Positions 26,236 through 40,882 of a DNA stretch of 64,000 nucleotides are shown here, one piece after another (within the stretch, counting starts at the first letter, position 1; every line of letters begins with the position of its first letter). Under the pieces are notes generated by a model, which saw only the letters and a program-made list of their open reading frames with translations, searched no databases and was not told where the DNA came from. The stretch is from Camelus ferus (lineage: Eukaryota): assembly GCF_009834535.1 (NCBI RefSeq), contig NC_045707.1, positions 64,048,001 to 64,112,000 on the forward strand. The letters are read 5' to 3'. Made by a program: the position numbers and the translations under genes.

Positions 26236-28819
26236 AATCATCAAACGAAGGGAAGCCAACTTCAAACCAGAAACATCCACGATGGTCTCCTACATGAATA
26301 TGGAATGTACTTTTACTGAGTTAGGCCACCAGAATTTGGGGTACACTTGTGATAATATTGCTGGTAGTGTGTGTATTAAACGTGCTGGTATTTCCCTAAC
26401 TCATACTACTATCTGATTCCTTTGTGTTCATATACTGACTCTATAATAATATTGCACGTCCTTCACAGGCTCACAAGGTGTCATAAATGTCTGTGCCCAC
26501 CATAATGGCACTTAACATAGGGCTGATCCCATTCTTTTCAAGTCATAAGCATATATGTTTATAAAATTGTGAATATCAGGTGATTGAACTTATTGAAGAA
26601 TTTTCAGCTCATGTTTGACTTTACAGAGCATTTTCTGACAGCCTTACCTCATGTCCTCCCAGGTAGAAAGGATTAATCCCTCTTTTAACCTTGTAAAGAC
26701 ATTTCTGTGTAACTACAACCCTGTATTGCTCCTACTTGCTTGTGTCTCTCTCTGCTCCACCATAAGCTCTTTGAAATCAGGCATCAGGTCATATGCATCT
26801 TTTTATCTCAACAGCCTAGAAATTCGCTAATGATAAGACTTGGCCTGTGGTGCTTACTGTGTTTCACTTACTAACGAGTAAAGAGTAGATGTTTCAGTTC
26901 TTTACTTTCTATGGTGCTTTCCCTTCCTAAACTGAGACCGCTGAAACAAATCATGATTTGCTACCAAGAGCAAAAATATCTGAAATGAGATTAAGATACT
27001 AAAATAATACAAAATTTCAAATAAATAAAAGTCTTGCCCATAAGCAAATCTGGAAATGTGAGAATGTTTTAAGACAAAACTACTACTGCTGTTTCTGCTG
27101 TTCCTAGAGATGAGCTCATAATGAGAGAAGGTGAGCAAGACAACCACGTATTGGAAAAACCTGGTACTACACTGAATGTTAATTCTCAGCATTTTAACTT
27201 ACTGCCTCTTTTAGTATTTTTAGAGAGGCAGAATGACAAAATAGAACATGGCTAGACTGTGAGTCTTGATTCCAAAGTGGACTGACTGTATATTATTGTG
27301 TAAATTAGTCGTTTAACCATTCTGGGCATGAAACTTCTTACCTGTGAAATGGAATTGTCAGATCATGAGTTCTAATTTTTTGGTTTCATGACTCATTTTG
27401 AATGCAGGCTGATTAAAAAAAATATGACGTTCATTTAAAATGCTTTGTCCAGTAGTAATTCTACTCAAATATATTGTTTTCAAAAGGTTACCTTTTAAAT
27501 GTTTGCAGTTACCTTAATCTGTGGCTTACTTTCTTGTTTTTCAATCACTAAGCTTTTAAATAATGTAATATTTTTACTTATTTTGATTTAACTTAAAAAC
27601 ACATAAAAGTAGAAAGAAGAAAGTATAAATCATTTATAGTTTCTTCACCCAAAGAGAGAAAACACTGTTCATATTTTGTTATAGATCCTTTCAGTATTTT
27701 TATTGTATATATTTTAAAATTGGAATTGTGTTCTATGTAAATGTTTTTCTTTCTTTCCTTCTTTCTTTTTTTGACTGTAACATTGTCTTTAGAGCATTTT
27801 CCTGTATCATTGATTTGATTTTTTGTTTTGTTTTGTTTTGGCATAGAAGAGCCAGAATTTATTTAACCATTTCCCTGAATTTACAGTTTAGTTATTTAGT
27901 TATTTTCACATTTTTAGTTTAAAAATCTACTATTAGTAGATTTCATTCACATTGGCCCCTGTTTATAAGAGCTGATCATGAAATATAGCACTGTGTACTT
28001 CAAATAGAAAAGACTAAAATTCTATATTCTTAGTTTAGTTTTTTATGCATAAGAAGTCAGGTTGACCTTTGCCATCTATTAACTTACATTTTACTCTTAA
28101 GTTAAGAATTCCTTAATTACTAGTAAAGCAAAATAAACTGGAAAAATTAAATAGCATGAAAGTACCTTTTATGGATCAGAAAGTGTTTCAAGAAACCTTA
28201 AATAGATGATTAGCATGGTGTATGTTCTCCTCTTTTATGAAATTATTAATTCAAGTGGCACTGAATCAAACTTATAAATCACAACAAACCCATTTATATG
28301 ATTTTTCAATAGCACATAGTCATTATATTTAATCACTATTGTCTTTATATTTCTTCACAATGATGGATAATGATGGATAGAGTCATTTGTAAAAGGTTGC
28401 TTCATGTTCACAAGACTTTCTGCCAGTAAAGATTTCATTATCTGTATTAAAAAAAAAACTACAAATTTCCAAATACTTTTCTGAAAAAAAAAATACACCT
28501 TAAGCAACAAGTTATTACCACCTCATTACTTAAAGAGGCTGAACATTCCAGAGAACTGGGAGCATGGTGTGATGGAAGGGCACAGTTCCAGAGCTTGGAA
28601 AATCTATCTTTTCATCTTGGCTTTGTAACTATTTAGCTGTTTGATTATGAGTCAGCAAATCTCCTTGTGCTTCGGTTCCATATCAAGTAAATGAAAGGAT
28701 TCGAGAGCACCACCACTCAATTCTCTTTCAACTCTAAAATTTTATAAATCTCAGATTCCCCTTTTCTAAGGTGAGGAAACAGGTTGTATCAGAAAAATTT
28801 GATTCTGATCTTTGATACA

Positions 28820-29312
28820 TTGGTTGTAGAAATGGCCCCAATTCTCCACTCCTCCCTGATCTGTACCCATTGCAATGTGACTTTGAGTTTCTTCCCATTA
28901 AGAGGTAGAATCTATTTCCCTACTCCCAGAATCTGAGTTGGCCCTTAACTTGTGTTGGCTGGTGGAATGTGCAGAAGTGAAGCTGTGCCCAGTTCCAAGC
29001 CAGGCCTCAATAGGCCTTATGAGCTCTCACGCTCCCTTGCTGAACCCTGCCACTGCCTTGAGAATGAGCCTGTTGGAGGATGACAGATCCTGAAGGGCAG
29101 TACTGAATCAGTCCAGTTTTTTTAGCTGGTGCTTTAAACCCAGCCAAGACAGCTGGCACCTGACTACAAAAGCATGAGTTGGTCTAGCTGAGACCAGAAG
29201 AACCAGTCAATCAGACTAGCAGAATCTAGAACTAAATAATTGCTTATTATTTAAATCCATTGAGTTATGAAGTTGTTTGTTACACAGCATCCTTATGGCA
29301 GGTTGCTGGGAC
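28820..29312 (+). mobile_element. MLT1(F/G/H-like) solo LTR
   Basis: aaatggccccaattctcc...tgcaatgtgactttg...tcccattaagaggtagaatctatttccc...gttgtttgttacacagca. Confidence 0.75.
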
Positions 29313-30606
29313 ATAATCCTTTACAGCATTTGTGCATATCTTGTATTTGCCTTTACTCTTGAGAATTCAGCTAGGGGTGTTATTTTCTTCTACAAATCCA
29401 ATACCTCACCTGAAGGCATTTGGTCCTTGTAGGCATTACACATGCGGTGTGTTTATGAGTGAAGTCATCATTTCTCCCCCTCTGTGTCACACCAGAGCTT
29501 TTCTTTTTGTCTTTCCCATCTTGGTAGATATAGTATCACAGCTCTTCCAGATTGCCAACCAGAAATAATCCTGGAGACAGACCTAATACTCTTTCTCTTC
29601 TCCACTGCCTCTCTGCCCCTTCTTTATTTCTGCTGTCTTAGTTTCAGCCTTAGCCTCCTGCTTCAGAAAAGTTACATTAAGTTTCTAGCTGAGCTCTCTT
29701 AGTATATAAACTCTCCCATAAGCTAAGCCTGGAGCCTCCAAAAGACAAGTGTCCAGGCAAAACTTTCCATGGAGAAAAGAAACGTATCATTGTTGGACAC
29801 TTGATTGATCAAAAGTATATAAGATCAGCTGTATACAATGTAGAACCCAAGTCAACAGTTTTGATGAATCTACAAAAAAAAAAAAATCTTTAAAATTTCA
29901 GCAATACAGAAAAGAAAAAACAATTATAACCACATCTAAATAATTTTCTTTGCTGAAATATTTCTTTGGGGAAACTTCAATACTTGCTGGGAAAAATTAA
30001 TGAAGTAATTGATTAATCATGGCACTGAAATCACTTAACTGAAATGCTATTTTTTTTTTAATGAAAGTTTTTGTTAATCTGCCCATTGCCTGGAACATAT
30101 AGACACTCAACAAATATTTGTTGTTGTTTTCCTTCATTTTAATCATTCGTGCTGTGCATTTGAATCTCACAAGTGTGGTGGATGGAATTTCACATTGTTG
30201 TGTTGAATCCCATATTTAGGTTCCGTAAATATTTTCACATACTGATGTGTGTAATCAGGGCAGAAGATATTTGAACTGACACATGGTTTTCCTTCAGTCA
30301 GAACTAGAAACAGTCACTTTCTTTTGTGGCTTTGTGAAAAGTACACTTCTGTGTGTGAACATCAAGCCTCTGTTTTCAAAGACTGGAGCAGCCACAGAAT
30401 GAAAGAGGGTCTGTGGTTGTGAAGACAGATGCTGGGCTTACAGTCGAGTAAATAGGATTTTGTGGCTGGCACCTAATTTTTGGTGAAGATCAAAAGGATG
30501 AAGGGAAAATCTACCCACTGCGGAGAAAAGGAATCTGGAGCCTTTTGAATCATCATTAAAGTGTTGACCAGATGCAGCAGTCTTGCTGGGAAAGGGTCTG
30601 CTGGTG

Positions 30607-30765
30607 CAGGGGTTCTCAAATCTGAAATGCCATCAGGGCCACCTGGAGAGTATCCCGATCCAAACTAACGAATTCCTCAGCCTGGCCCTTTGGTGGTGCC
30701 CAGTATCTCTATGCTTTAAAAACAGACCAGATGATTTCAATAGCCAGACATATTGGGGCTCCAGC
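30607..30765. mobile_element. MER5-like hAT DNA transposon fragment
   Basis: caggggttctcaaa...catcagggccacctggagag...gctttaaaaacagaccagatgatt. Confidence 0.55.
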
Positions 30766-31014
30766 ATAGGATAAGGTAGCCACAACCTTTTTTTTTTTTT
30801 TTTTTTTCTTTTAAGGACAGGGCTAGTTTTCTTAGTGCTAATTTTCTGAAGCCTCTAGATAAAAATTTTTCAAGAAAAGAAAGACATCATAGTAATGCTT
30901 TTTTGAAAAGATAGATAAGAAAAAGGAATGAAAGTCAGATACATTTTCCTCCCCTGAATATTGAGATTTTGTTTTGTTTTGTTTTGTTTTGTTAAGAAAC
31001 AATATAGGCCTTTG

Positions 31015-31380
31015 CTAGCGGAATCTAAAAATGTTGAACTCATAGAAACAGAAAGTAGAATAGAGATTACCAGGAGCTAGCGGGTGGGGGGAATGGGAAG
31101 ATGGTGGCCAGGGGTACAAACTTCTAGTTGTAAGCCAAAAAGTTCTGGAACTCTAATGTACAGTGTGGTGGCTATAATTAAAAATAATGTATTGTATACT
31201 TGAATTTTGCTGAGAGTAGATCTTAAGGGTCCTTACTACACACAAAAATAGGGCAACTATGTGAGGTGATGGAGACATTAATCAGCTTAATAATGGTAGC
31301 CATTTTACAATATATACGTAGATCAAATTATCATGTTGTAGACCTTAAGAATATGCAATTTTTATGTGTCAATCATACCT
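31015..31380 (+). mobile_element. Older L1 (L1MA-like) 3' end, interrupted near its tail by the young L1; resumes at ~33852-33880
   Basis: ggaatctaaaaatgttgaactcatagaaacag...gtcaatcatacct | cgggtaaagctggaggaaaa reconstitutes an L1MA-type terminus. Confidence 0.85.
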
Positions 31381-31569
31381 TGGTATATAATTCTTTCACC
31401 TCCTTGGTTAGATTTATTCCCAGATATTTTATTACTTTGGGTGCTATTTTAAAGGGGATTGTTTCTTTACTTTCTTCTTCTGTTGATTTATCGTTAGTGT
31501 AAAGAAATGCAACTGATTTTTGAACGTTAATTTTGTAACCTGCTACCTTGCTGAATTCTTCAATCAGCT

Positions 31570-31944
31570 CTAGTAGTTTTGTGTGGACCTTTTAGGGTTT
31601 TCTATATATAGTAACATGTCATCAGCATATAATGACATTTTTACCTCTTCTTTTCCAATTTGGATCCCTTTTATTTCTTTCTCTTGCCTGACTGCTGTGG
31701 CTAGGACTTCCAGGACTATGTTGAATAGGAGTGGTGATAGTGGGCATCCTTGTCTTGTCCCAGATTTTAGTGGGAAGCTTTTGAGTTTTTCACCGTTGAG
31801 TACTATGCTGGCTGTAGGTTTGTCATATATAGCTTTTATTATGTTGAGATGTGTTCCCTCTATACCCACTTTGGCAAGAGTTTTTATCATAAATCGGTGT
31901 TGAATTTTATCAAATGCTTTTTCTGCATCGATTGAGATGATCAT
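31570..31944 (-). pseudogene. L1 ORF2 reverse transcriptase fragment (inverted segment, frameshifted)
   Basis: [36 protein letters not shown] and catalytic YADD motifs; the frame is lost at STQNY* (STQKLL expected). Confidence 0.95.
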
Positions 31945-31962
31945 GTGGTTTTTGTCCTTTCA

Positions 31963-32055
<93 letters not shown>

Positions 32056-32146
32056 CTATAAACCATTGATGAAGGAAATTAAAGAAGACTTTAAAAACTG
32101 GAAAGATATTCCATGCTCTTGGATTTGAAGAATCAATATTGTTAAA

Positions 32147-33370
32147 ATGGTCACACTGCCCAAGGCAATCTACAGATTTAATGCAATCCCTATCCAATTA
32201 CCCAGGACATATTTCACAGAACTAGAACAAATCATAATAAAATTCATATGGAACCATCAAAGACCTAGAATTGCCAAAGCATTACTGAAGAGAAAGAAAG
32301 AGGCTGGAGGAATAACTCTCCCAGACTTCAGACAATACTATAGAGCTACAGTCATCAAGACAGCATGGTATTGGTACCAAAACAGACATATAGACCAATG
32401 GAACAGAATAGAGAGCCCAGAAATGAACCCACAAACTTTTGGTCAACTCATCTTCGACAAAGGAGGCAAGAATATACATTGGAATAAAGACAGTCTCTTC
32501 AGCAAATGGTGTTGGGAAAACTGGACAGCAGCATGTAAAACAGTGAAGCTAGAACACTCCCTTACACCATATACAAAAATCAACTCAAAATGGATTAAAG
32601 ACTTAAACATAAGACAAGATACAATAAACCTCCTAGAGGAAAACATAGGCAAAAGATTATCTGACATATATTTCAAAAATTTTCTCCTAGAAGAAATAAA
32701 AGCAAGAATAAACAAATGGGACCTAATGAAACTTACAAGCTTCTGCACAGCAAAGGAAACCAGAAGTAAAACAAGAAGAAAACCTACAGAATGGGAGAAA
32801 ATTTTTGCAAGTGAAACCGACAAAGGCTCGATCTCCAGAATATATAAGCAGCTCATAAGACTCAATAAGAAAAAAATAAACAACCCAATCCAAAAATGGA
32901 CAGAAGACCTAAACAAGCAATTCTCCAAGGAAGACATACAAATGATCAAAAGGCACATGAAAAAATGCTCAATATCACTAATTATCAGAGAAATGCAAAT
33001 CAAAACTACAATGAGGTATCACCTCACACCAGTCAGAATGGCCATCATTCAAAAATCTACAAATGACAAATGCTGGAGAGGCTGTGGAGAAAGGGGAACC
33101 CTCCTACACTGCTGGTGGGAATGCAGTTTGGTGCAGCCACTATGGAAAACAGTGTGGAGATTCCTCAAAAGACTAGGAATAGACTTACCATATGACCCAG
33201 GAATCCCACTCCTGGGCTTGTATCCAGAAGGAAATCTACTTCAGGATGACACCTGCACCCCAATGTTCATAGCAGCACTATTTACAATAGCCAAAACATG
33301 GAAACAGCCTAAATGTCCATCAACAGGTGACTGGATAAAGAAGATGTGGTATATTTATACAATGGAATAG
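32147..33370 (+). pseudogene. L1 ORF2 C-terminal fragment (407 aa), non-functional
   Basis: [25 protein letters not shown] knuckle [18 protein letters not shown]. Premature TAG at 33368-33370; the homologous frame continues to a natural TAA at 33503-33505. Confidence 0.95.
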
Positions 33371-34859
33371 TACTCAGCCATAAAAACTGACAGCATAATG
33401 CCATTTGCAGCAACATGGATGCTCCTGGAGAATGTCATTCTAAGTGAAGTAAGCCAGAAAGAGAAAGAAAAACACCATATGAGATCGCTCATATGTGGAA
33501 TCTAAAAAACAAAAACAAAAACAAACAAACAAAAACAAAGCGTAAATACAGGACAGAAATAGACTCACAGACAGAGAATACAGACTTGTGGTTACCAGGG
33601 GGGTGGAGGGTGGGAAGGGATAGACTGGGATTTCAAAATTGTAGAATAGATAAACAAGATTATACTGTATAGCACAGGGAAATATACACAAAATGTTATG
33701 ATAACTCAGAGAGAAAAAAATGTGACAATGAGTGTGTATATGTCGATGAATGACTGAAAAATTGTGCTGAACACTGGAATTTGACACAACATTGTAAAAT
33801 GATTATAAATCAATAAAAAATGTTAAAAAAAAGAATAAAAAAATCATACCTCGGGTAAAGCTGGAGGAAAAACATTAAAAAAGGTTAAGCAGGGAAAAAA
33901 AACTATAGGACAATACTATATAATTTTGATTATAAACCTTTACTACTGGCATTTCTCTATTTAACCAGAGCACAGATCATTTATTTTGGGCGATTATAAT
34001 TCTAATTTCCTTTATTTTGCCATTTGAGCATCTTATGATAGGGGATATTGTGCAAATGCCTTAAAAAATAGTGTGCTTATCATTGCATAGGGCTTATTTA
34101 CAATGTCACTGTGTTTATTTTGTACTGAAAGTTAAAAACTCTCTTTATATCCAGTAAAGTATCAACTGTGACAGTTGACTGCAAAACAAAAAAAGAAGGG
34201 AAGATATGAAGGCTTTCTGGGAAAATTTGGTCTGAAAACAAGTTCTAAAAACTCAATAATTTCTCTAGGGACAGAGGATTGAATTTTGTCAAAACATTGG
34301 CTGCCTTCATTAAAAAAAAATCAACTGCCAAAGTTTTAGCTAAAATCTGAGAACTGTCAAGAATCAACCAGATGGCAGCTTACCTGCCTTGATGAAGCTG
34401 AAAAATTAAAACAGCATGTGACTGGGAACACACGAAAAGGAAGCAGCTCTTCAATAGGCCTGTTTCTACTTGGAGCACTTTTTAAAGGAGCAAATAGACG
34501 CAGGAACACAGCCTAAGTTCAAAGTATCTTTTAATGATGTTTTGAACCAAGAATAAATTCCCAGAAGGTAATCCGGTGGACAAGTCAAGAATAAAAGATA
34601 GAGATTAATTTTGGGTGTGAAATAAAACTGAGTTTCAATTATTCAGCAAATGTTTCTCTACTGACAGGTTACTCTGTTCCACACTGACAGGTGTAAAACT
34701 CTATGCATTTGCTACTGTGATTGATCTAGGATGGTTTCTTCATGCTTTGAAATTTATTTTCATTCATTTAGTTAACAGATTTGAACACCCACTGTGTGCT
34801 AGGTGCTAGGGGCACAAGAAGAAACAGTCTCTTGCCCTCATCCACCTTTCGGTTTAAAT

Positions 34860-35066
34860 CAAGATCATCAAACTATGGCTAAATCTGGCCTGTCATCTGC
34901 TTTGGTAAATAAAGTTTTATTGAGACACAGACACTTTCATTTGTTTACCTATTGATTAGGGTTGCTTTCGTGTTACAATGGCAGAGTGAGTAGTGGTGAT
35001 AGTGAGACTGGCCCTTGCCTAAAATACTTACTATCTGACCTGCTCAGAAAATGTTTGCTGACCCAG
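34860..35066. mobile_element. MER58-like hAT DNA transposon
   Basis: caaactatggctaaatctggcc...gtaaataaagttttattgagacacag...tttgctgaccc. Confidence 0.75.
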
Positions 35067-35167
35067 AACTAGTTTCTTTCTAAAGCAGTAAATCTAGGAT
35101 GGGAAAAGTAAAAAAAGACAGAAAAATACCATGACTTTATATTTGCAAAAACCCATCATGCCATTCA

Positions 35168-35290
35168 TATATATATATATATACATATACATACACACAT
35201 ATATACGCACATGCATACATATACACACATACATTCACACACATATACACACATAAACACACATACATATACATGCATCTACATACGTAG
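35168..35290. repeat. (TA)n/(TACA)n compound low-complexity repeat
   Basis: Seen directly. Confidence 0.9.
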
Positions 35291-38200
35291 ATACTAAAAA
35301 GTTTTTAATTGGAGAGGAAATAGAGTTACAACAGCATATTTACAAGTCCAAGACCATGCATTTGATACTCCTATGGGACAGTTATCTTCCCTCCAGCTAT
35401 TACAATCTAGACTAAGAACAAAGATATAATTATCAATGTCAGTGAACTGTGCTGCAAATTAATGGTGCTGGTTATAAGGGTGACAGGTGGAAAGCATATG
35501 ATTTAATAAATACAAAGTTTCCAACATGACAGAACACAAATAACCTAAAGCATCTCCCTTTCCGATGATGGGATTAAGAGTAATGGCAGATAGAAAAGAG
35601 ACTGCAGCCAACAGCGCCTTTAGGAGAGCCTTTCTGCTCAGTGGGAGTGGCTGATATCACAGCCAGATCGCTATCCCCTTGGAAGATATTTTAGTTGGGA
35701 AAAATCAAGATTCCCATCTTGTAAGACACAATTAAGGGACGGGGCATGGTGCCACTTCTGTACACTAAGCTGCTAATTTAAGGGTCTCCAGTATTGCCCC
35801 TATAACTATGAACCACGCGAAGAAAGCCTTCGTCTAATTTTGGGCTATAAAGTAGAGGGATCACCAGGGAGAATGTAGATGTTACCGTTACATGAATTTC
35901 TTGTCTGCGTACGATGATGACTTCTCGCCACCTCCATGCGTCTGTGACTGGCATCTGTGGAAGCCTGCCAACCCTGCAAGGGTATAGAGAAAGTGACTAG
36001 CTTTTCACGGCAGCGTCCTACTACAGGGGGAACACTGGGGTCCTCCCAGCTCTGGGAAACTGGGCCGAAGATATTCTTGCCCTCCTGATGTCACAGATAG
36101 AGGTTAGGCTTACTGCATATGCACAGTGCCTAACAATTGATTTTAAAGTGGCTTGGATAAACGACCTCAATGCAATGCTTTGGGTTGGGAGAGAAAGTTA
36201 GAAACTGAACAACTCTCAGTTTCACTGACTCATCAAGGAATGCAAGACCTCATTTTCTTCTATTAAATTAGCTTTACTTGTTCATAATTTGACTTATGAT
36301 ATCAAACTTGGTGAAACGCATACATTTTCTGGTTTTTAGTAAATAGGAGTGACCAGTTCAAGCCAATGATTTCATTTGATCCAGGAAAAATCCAGTCAAT
36401 ACTCAGTAAAAGGACTAGAGAGAGAGAGAAATAATGTCCTGGTAAATTTATTTTAGAAGATCGAGCTTGGTGAATTAGGTAAACTGTCTGGTTTCAGGAC
36501 TCTGGCCTTTAGTCTTGGCATAGTGAGCTCATTGTTGTGTCACTCTAAGCTTGCTGCCTTTTCTTTGTCTTGAGAGGCTTTGTTTTGTTTTTGTGTTTGT
36601 GTTTGTTTTTAACAAAACCAAACATCCCAATTGACTAAATAGTTCTCTATTTTCTTATTCTACTTAAAAAAGGTACTAGGATTTTGGGAGATTCAGTTTC
36701 TTTCCTATAATAGGTCCATAGTAAAATCAACACTACTTAATAGTGGGAAAGTGCAACTATAGGCTGATGTATATAAACACCGTCAAACAGTAACATCGAG
36801 GCTGCGCAGGACAAAGAGCTTTACTTGGAGGCTGTGTCACAAGTTGTTCTAGGATAAGCGTCCGGTAAGTATCTTAGGTTCCTGGCGGATGTTCTGGGTG
36901 TTTTTGTTAGGACTATAAGTGGTCAAAAAGTCAGATTCCATCCAGGCTGCGATGTGCATAAATCACACTTCCTCAGTTGGCCTCAACTCTGTCTTAGCAA
37001 TACCAACTCCATTTGGATTTTCCTTTCACAACACGAGAAGTTTTTTTTTTTTTTTCCCCTCCTTCCTCTTCTTATAAGGTTATTCTGATTGGTGAGTCTT
37101 TCTAGCTTTTGTGTCCTCAGCAACCTGTCCAATCTGGTTGAGCTGACAACTAGGGTGACCCCAAGTTTCCATCCCTCCTCCAGTTGGGGGAAGGATACTT
37201 TCTCTGACACTGTTTTCCTTCTTTTATAAAATTGGGATTTTTGTAATAACTATGTTTCTCATGAGGATTAATAATACGATGCAGAAAAACACTTAGCAGA
37301 GTGCCTAACACAGTTAAATAAATGTTAATCATTGTATTTTAGAGCCCCAAATAAAATGTGACAAACATTTTCCTGCCCAAACAGTGATTGTGATTTTGAG
37401 GGGGTGTGACTCTTGCTGGAAATGAGAGTTTGTGGGTTTAAGTCTCCATATGGGATTCTAAATATTTAAATCAGGGGAATCCAGCCTATTTTTCTAAGCA
37501 GGAATAATTTCTGTTCCTCTGAAGACCCAGATCCCAGGGACTGCTTTGTCCTGAGCATCAGAGCTGAACGAAGAGGAAGTGGAGAGCCCTCGTCTTCCCA
37601 GGAAAGGAGAGTGTGGCTCAGAGTTCTAACCATTCCAGTTGGGTTTTACATTACGTCCAGGACCCAGCTGAAAGGCATGGTGGAGAGGCCAGGCAGCGCT
37701 ATTGGAATATATGTGTATTGCGAGTCAGAATGGGTGTATTGTAAAGGAGATGGGGCACAATCTGGGAAGACAAGTTATTCACTTACCTACTATAATTTGA
37801 TTGGATGATGATGGAGTGGTTGCATATGTAATACCACCAGGGAGCTTTTTAGAAAAGAATGAGGATGCAGGATTGAGGATATAGGGAATGCCCACTGTGC
37901 TGTGTGCTTTACGCGGGTTATCTCAGGAACCTCACGACAGCCGTATGAGAGGGCTGTTATTACTTCACTCACAGATGATAAAAAAGAGACTAAGAGAGAT
38001 TAAGCCATTCTTCTGAGGCCATATAGCAAGTAAATGGCCGGGCTGGGATTAAAATTCAGTTCTCAGACTCTAAAGTTCAGGTCCTTTTATTTTATCATTT
38101 AATTATAAAATACTGTCTTCCTTTAAAGTAGGATGTTCAGACAAAAAGAAGAAACACACAAGGAGAGAAAATTCATATGCTAAATACCCTTGACTACGAG

Positions 38201-38639
38201 GCTGAGAGACAGCCTTGAAGAAAAACCCCAAAGCTCAGGGCACACGGAACTGAAAATAGAGGCTAAGCCCTGTGAATCAAAGCTGGGATTTGTGAATGGG
38301 AAATCGGTCAGAGCCTCTGTGCCTTCAAGCCTTCTTCCTACTGCATCTCACACACCTCTCACTTACAGGGAGACAGCATGATGTTGTAGAAAAAGCCCAG
38401 ACTTCAGGGATGGATAAACTTGGGCTGAAATCTCAGCTTTGCAATTAATTGCTGACTTTGTGATATTAGGCAAATCACTTAGCCTCTCTTGATCTGTCAA
38501 ATGGGGATAATCTCACATGTAGTTGAAGAGAAAAATTATGTGAATGATCTATCATAATTATAATATTAATCATCTGTAATCTCAGAAAACCCCCTACTTT
38601 TTCACGCTGAACTAATCCACCCCTCACCCCCATCTCATA

Positions 38640-39040
38640 TTATCTTTTATCCCGGGGAAATAGACTCTGAGATGGAAATTTGCATGCAGGAGATTTACTT
38701 GGGAGAGCTCTCAAGAACGACACCTTAAAGGAAGGAGAAAAGCCAGACTGGGCAGTGAAAGAAGATGATCTGTGAATCTGTGATGCATTTGCAACATAAC
38801 TGATCCCACCCAGCACTCTGAAACTGGGATGGCACTTTAGAAATGTCCTGAGCTGAGCCTTTGGATGCCTTCTCATCTAATCACTGAATGCAGCTGCCCC
38901 TGGGACAGGGTATGGCTTTGGAAGAGACACCTCCCTTTAGGCAGAGGCAGTTCCCTGAAAGGGAATCTGCTGTGACCCGTCAGCAAGGCAACGCCCTTGC
39001 TGGCTGCAGGAAGTGCTACTCCGGCATCACACCACAGCAT
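38640..39040 (-). mobile_element. LTR33-like ERVL LTR
   Basis: agactctgagatggaaatttgcatgcaggagatttacttgggagagctctcaagaacgacacct. Confidence 0.65.
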
Positions 39041-39260
39041 CCACGGCATCTCTCTTGTCCCGGGTGCAGCTCACCACCCACTTGCGTCCTCTGCCAGCCC
39101 TTCACTGCTTCGTTCTCCTGCCTCACTCCTTCCATTTAGGGGACAGAGCATTCCCATTTACTGAGCATCTTTTGTGTGCCTGGTACTGTGGTAGATATGT
39201 AGCACATATTATAGTTATATTTGTTATACAGAGTATGTAGCATATAATCTTACTTAACCC

Positions 39261-39839
39261 TGTAGGAGAGCAAAATTTGCCACCCTAACATGTGTCTCTT
39301 TGGCATGAGGATTAATTTAGGCTGATTATTTTTAAGGAGCAGAAGACTCAGGAAGGCTTTCTTTTTACCTCCCTCTTAGCTGCCTAAAGAATTTAAATAG
39401 AAGTAGTTCATTCCTGACAGGGAGCTATCACCATAGATAACGATAGTGTGAATGAAGCGTGGTAGACAGGGAGAAAGCTAGCAAAGGCTGTTTGTCAAAA
39501 TTCTTCTCTGTGTCCCATGGTCTCTGCGTGACCCAGCAAACATTTGTTTACCGAACACTGGCTTTTCCATCTCCACGTCTATTGCCTTCCTCCTCTTTGA
39601 AGTAGCAAATCACGACTCTCAACATCCTCTGTTGTCTAAATTTAGCTGAAAATAATATTGAAGGTGAGGGTTTGGGCCGTTTTAGTGAGTTACTCAGTTT
39701 TCCTGGGTCTCTTCTATGTATACATGTTATTAAACTTTTTTTGATTTTTTTTTCCTGTTAACCTGTCCAGTGTCAATTTAATTCTTAGACCAGCCAGAAG
39801 AACCTTGAAGGGTAGAGGAACATTTCCTCCTCCCCGACA
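39261..39839 (+). mobile_element. ERV1-type solo LTR (579 bp) inserted in a MIR
   Basis: TG...CA termini with short imperfect inverted ends (tgtaggagag / ctccccgaca), attaaa polyA-like signal at ~39729, 4-bp TSD accc/acct, MIR-like text on both sides. Confidence 0.8.
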
Positions 39840-40882
39840 ACCTTCAAGGCAAGAAGTAGGAAGAAACTGAAGTTTATAGATTGAATTGCCCAAGGTGGCA
39901 AAAGCCAGGGACAGGTTTCCAACACAAAGCAGTTTATGGCCAAAGGCTACGCGTACCCTCCCACAATGTTGCTACATCCCTTCCTTGCCCCATGATCTCC
40001 ATTCCAGTTACAGTTTCCAATATGACTCTTTCTAGTGTTCCTTCAGCAGACATCTCTGCAATACGCCTTACCACATGGCTTTTTAAAAAATGTGTTTATT
40101 TTATTTAAAAATGCCTGCATTATCCCTTTTAAGACATTGTATTTGATTAGCAAGGAGTTATACAAGTGAAAATCTGGCAATCATCAAGGATCTATAAATA
40201 TTAAGGTGAAGACAAAATAATTTCATTATGTTCATAGGAAGCTCACTAATTCTTGAATCTCTTCATCAAAAATCCTTACAACATAATAAAAATATACCTT
40301 CATATGGGGGTCAGTTTCTTAGACCTCACATACTGAGTCATTAAATTCTACCTTCCCTTAACTTTCAGTAATGACTTGGAGAATCATCCCTTGAAAGTAA
40401 TAACAATCAGCGAAGGTCATCTGACTGTAGTGAATTGGGGATTAAAAAAAAAAATGAGGATAATAAAGTGATGTCAGCTTAGTTACAGATAAAAGGTAAT
40501 TTTCCTCCTTGATTTTTTTTTCTCTGTAGATTTTCATAGCAGTTCCTAACCCCAAACAGGTCATACTTCTTGTTCTTACTGCTTTAAAAAAGTGCCCACG
40601 GGAGAAAATGTTTCTTGATCAAATTACTTTCCTTACAGAGCTATTGACAGTTTAATGAATTTTATGCTAATTTCTGGGTCTTTCCTTTCCTCCACTGAAA
40701 TTTTTAAGATATTTTTGAAAACCTTTTGTGTGTTTGTTCCACAAATTATCTCTAAAGTATATTACTGTGAATCAAATTTTCGTATCAGTGACTTCTTTTC
40801 CCTACTATAAATGATAATGTAATACTTCAGTATTCTCTGCTCACTAAACTTCCAAGTTTTGGAAGCTACTGGAAAGCTTTTC

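Noticed and set aside
32443..33003. 186-aa hydrophobic minus-strand ORF (also 31583-31903, 5589-5926, 50196-50658)
   Set aside because: Antisense translations of L1, a common spurious ORF class.
32147..33370. 407-aa ORF as a functional or domesticated gene
   Set aside because: Truncated L1 ORF2 lacking the endonuclease and an in-line RT, with a premature stop and no promoter.
35560..36120. CpG-containing unique stretch considered as a possible endogenous viral element or pseudogene
   Set aside because: No ORF of 60 aa or more in the track, and the short frame I translated has no recognisable motif; a tBLASTx search would be needed to exclude it fully.
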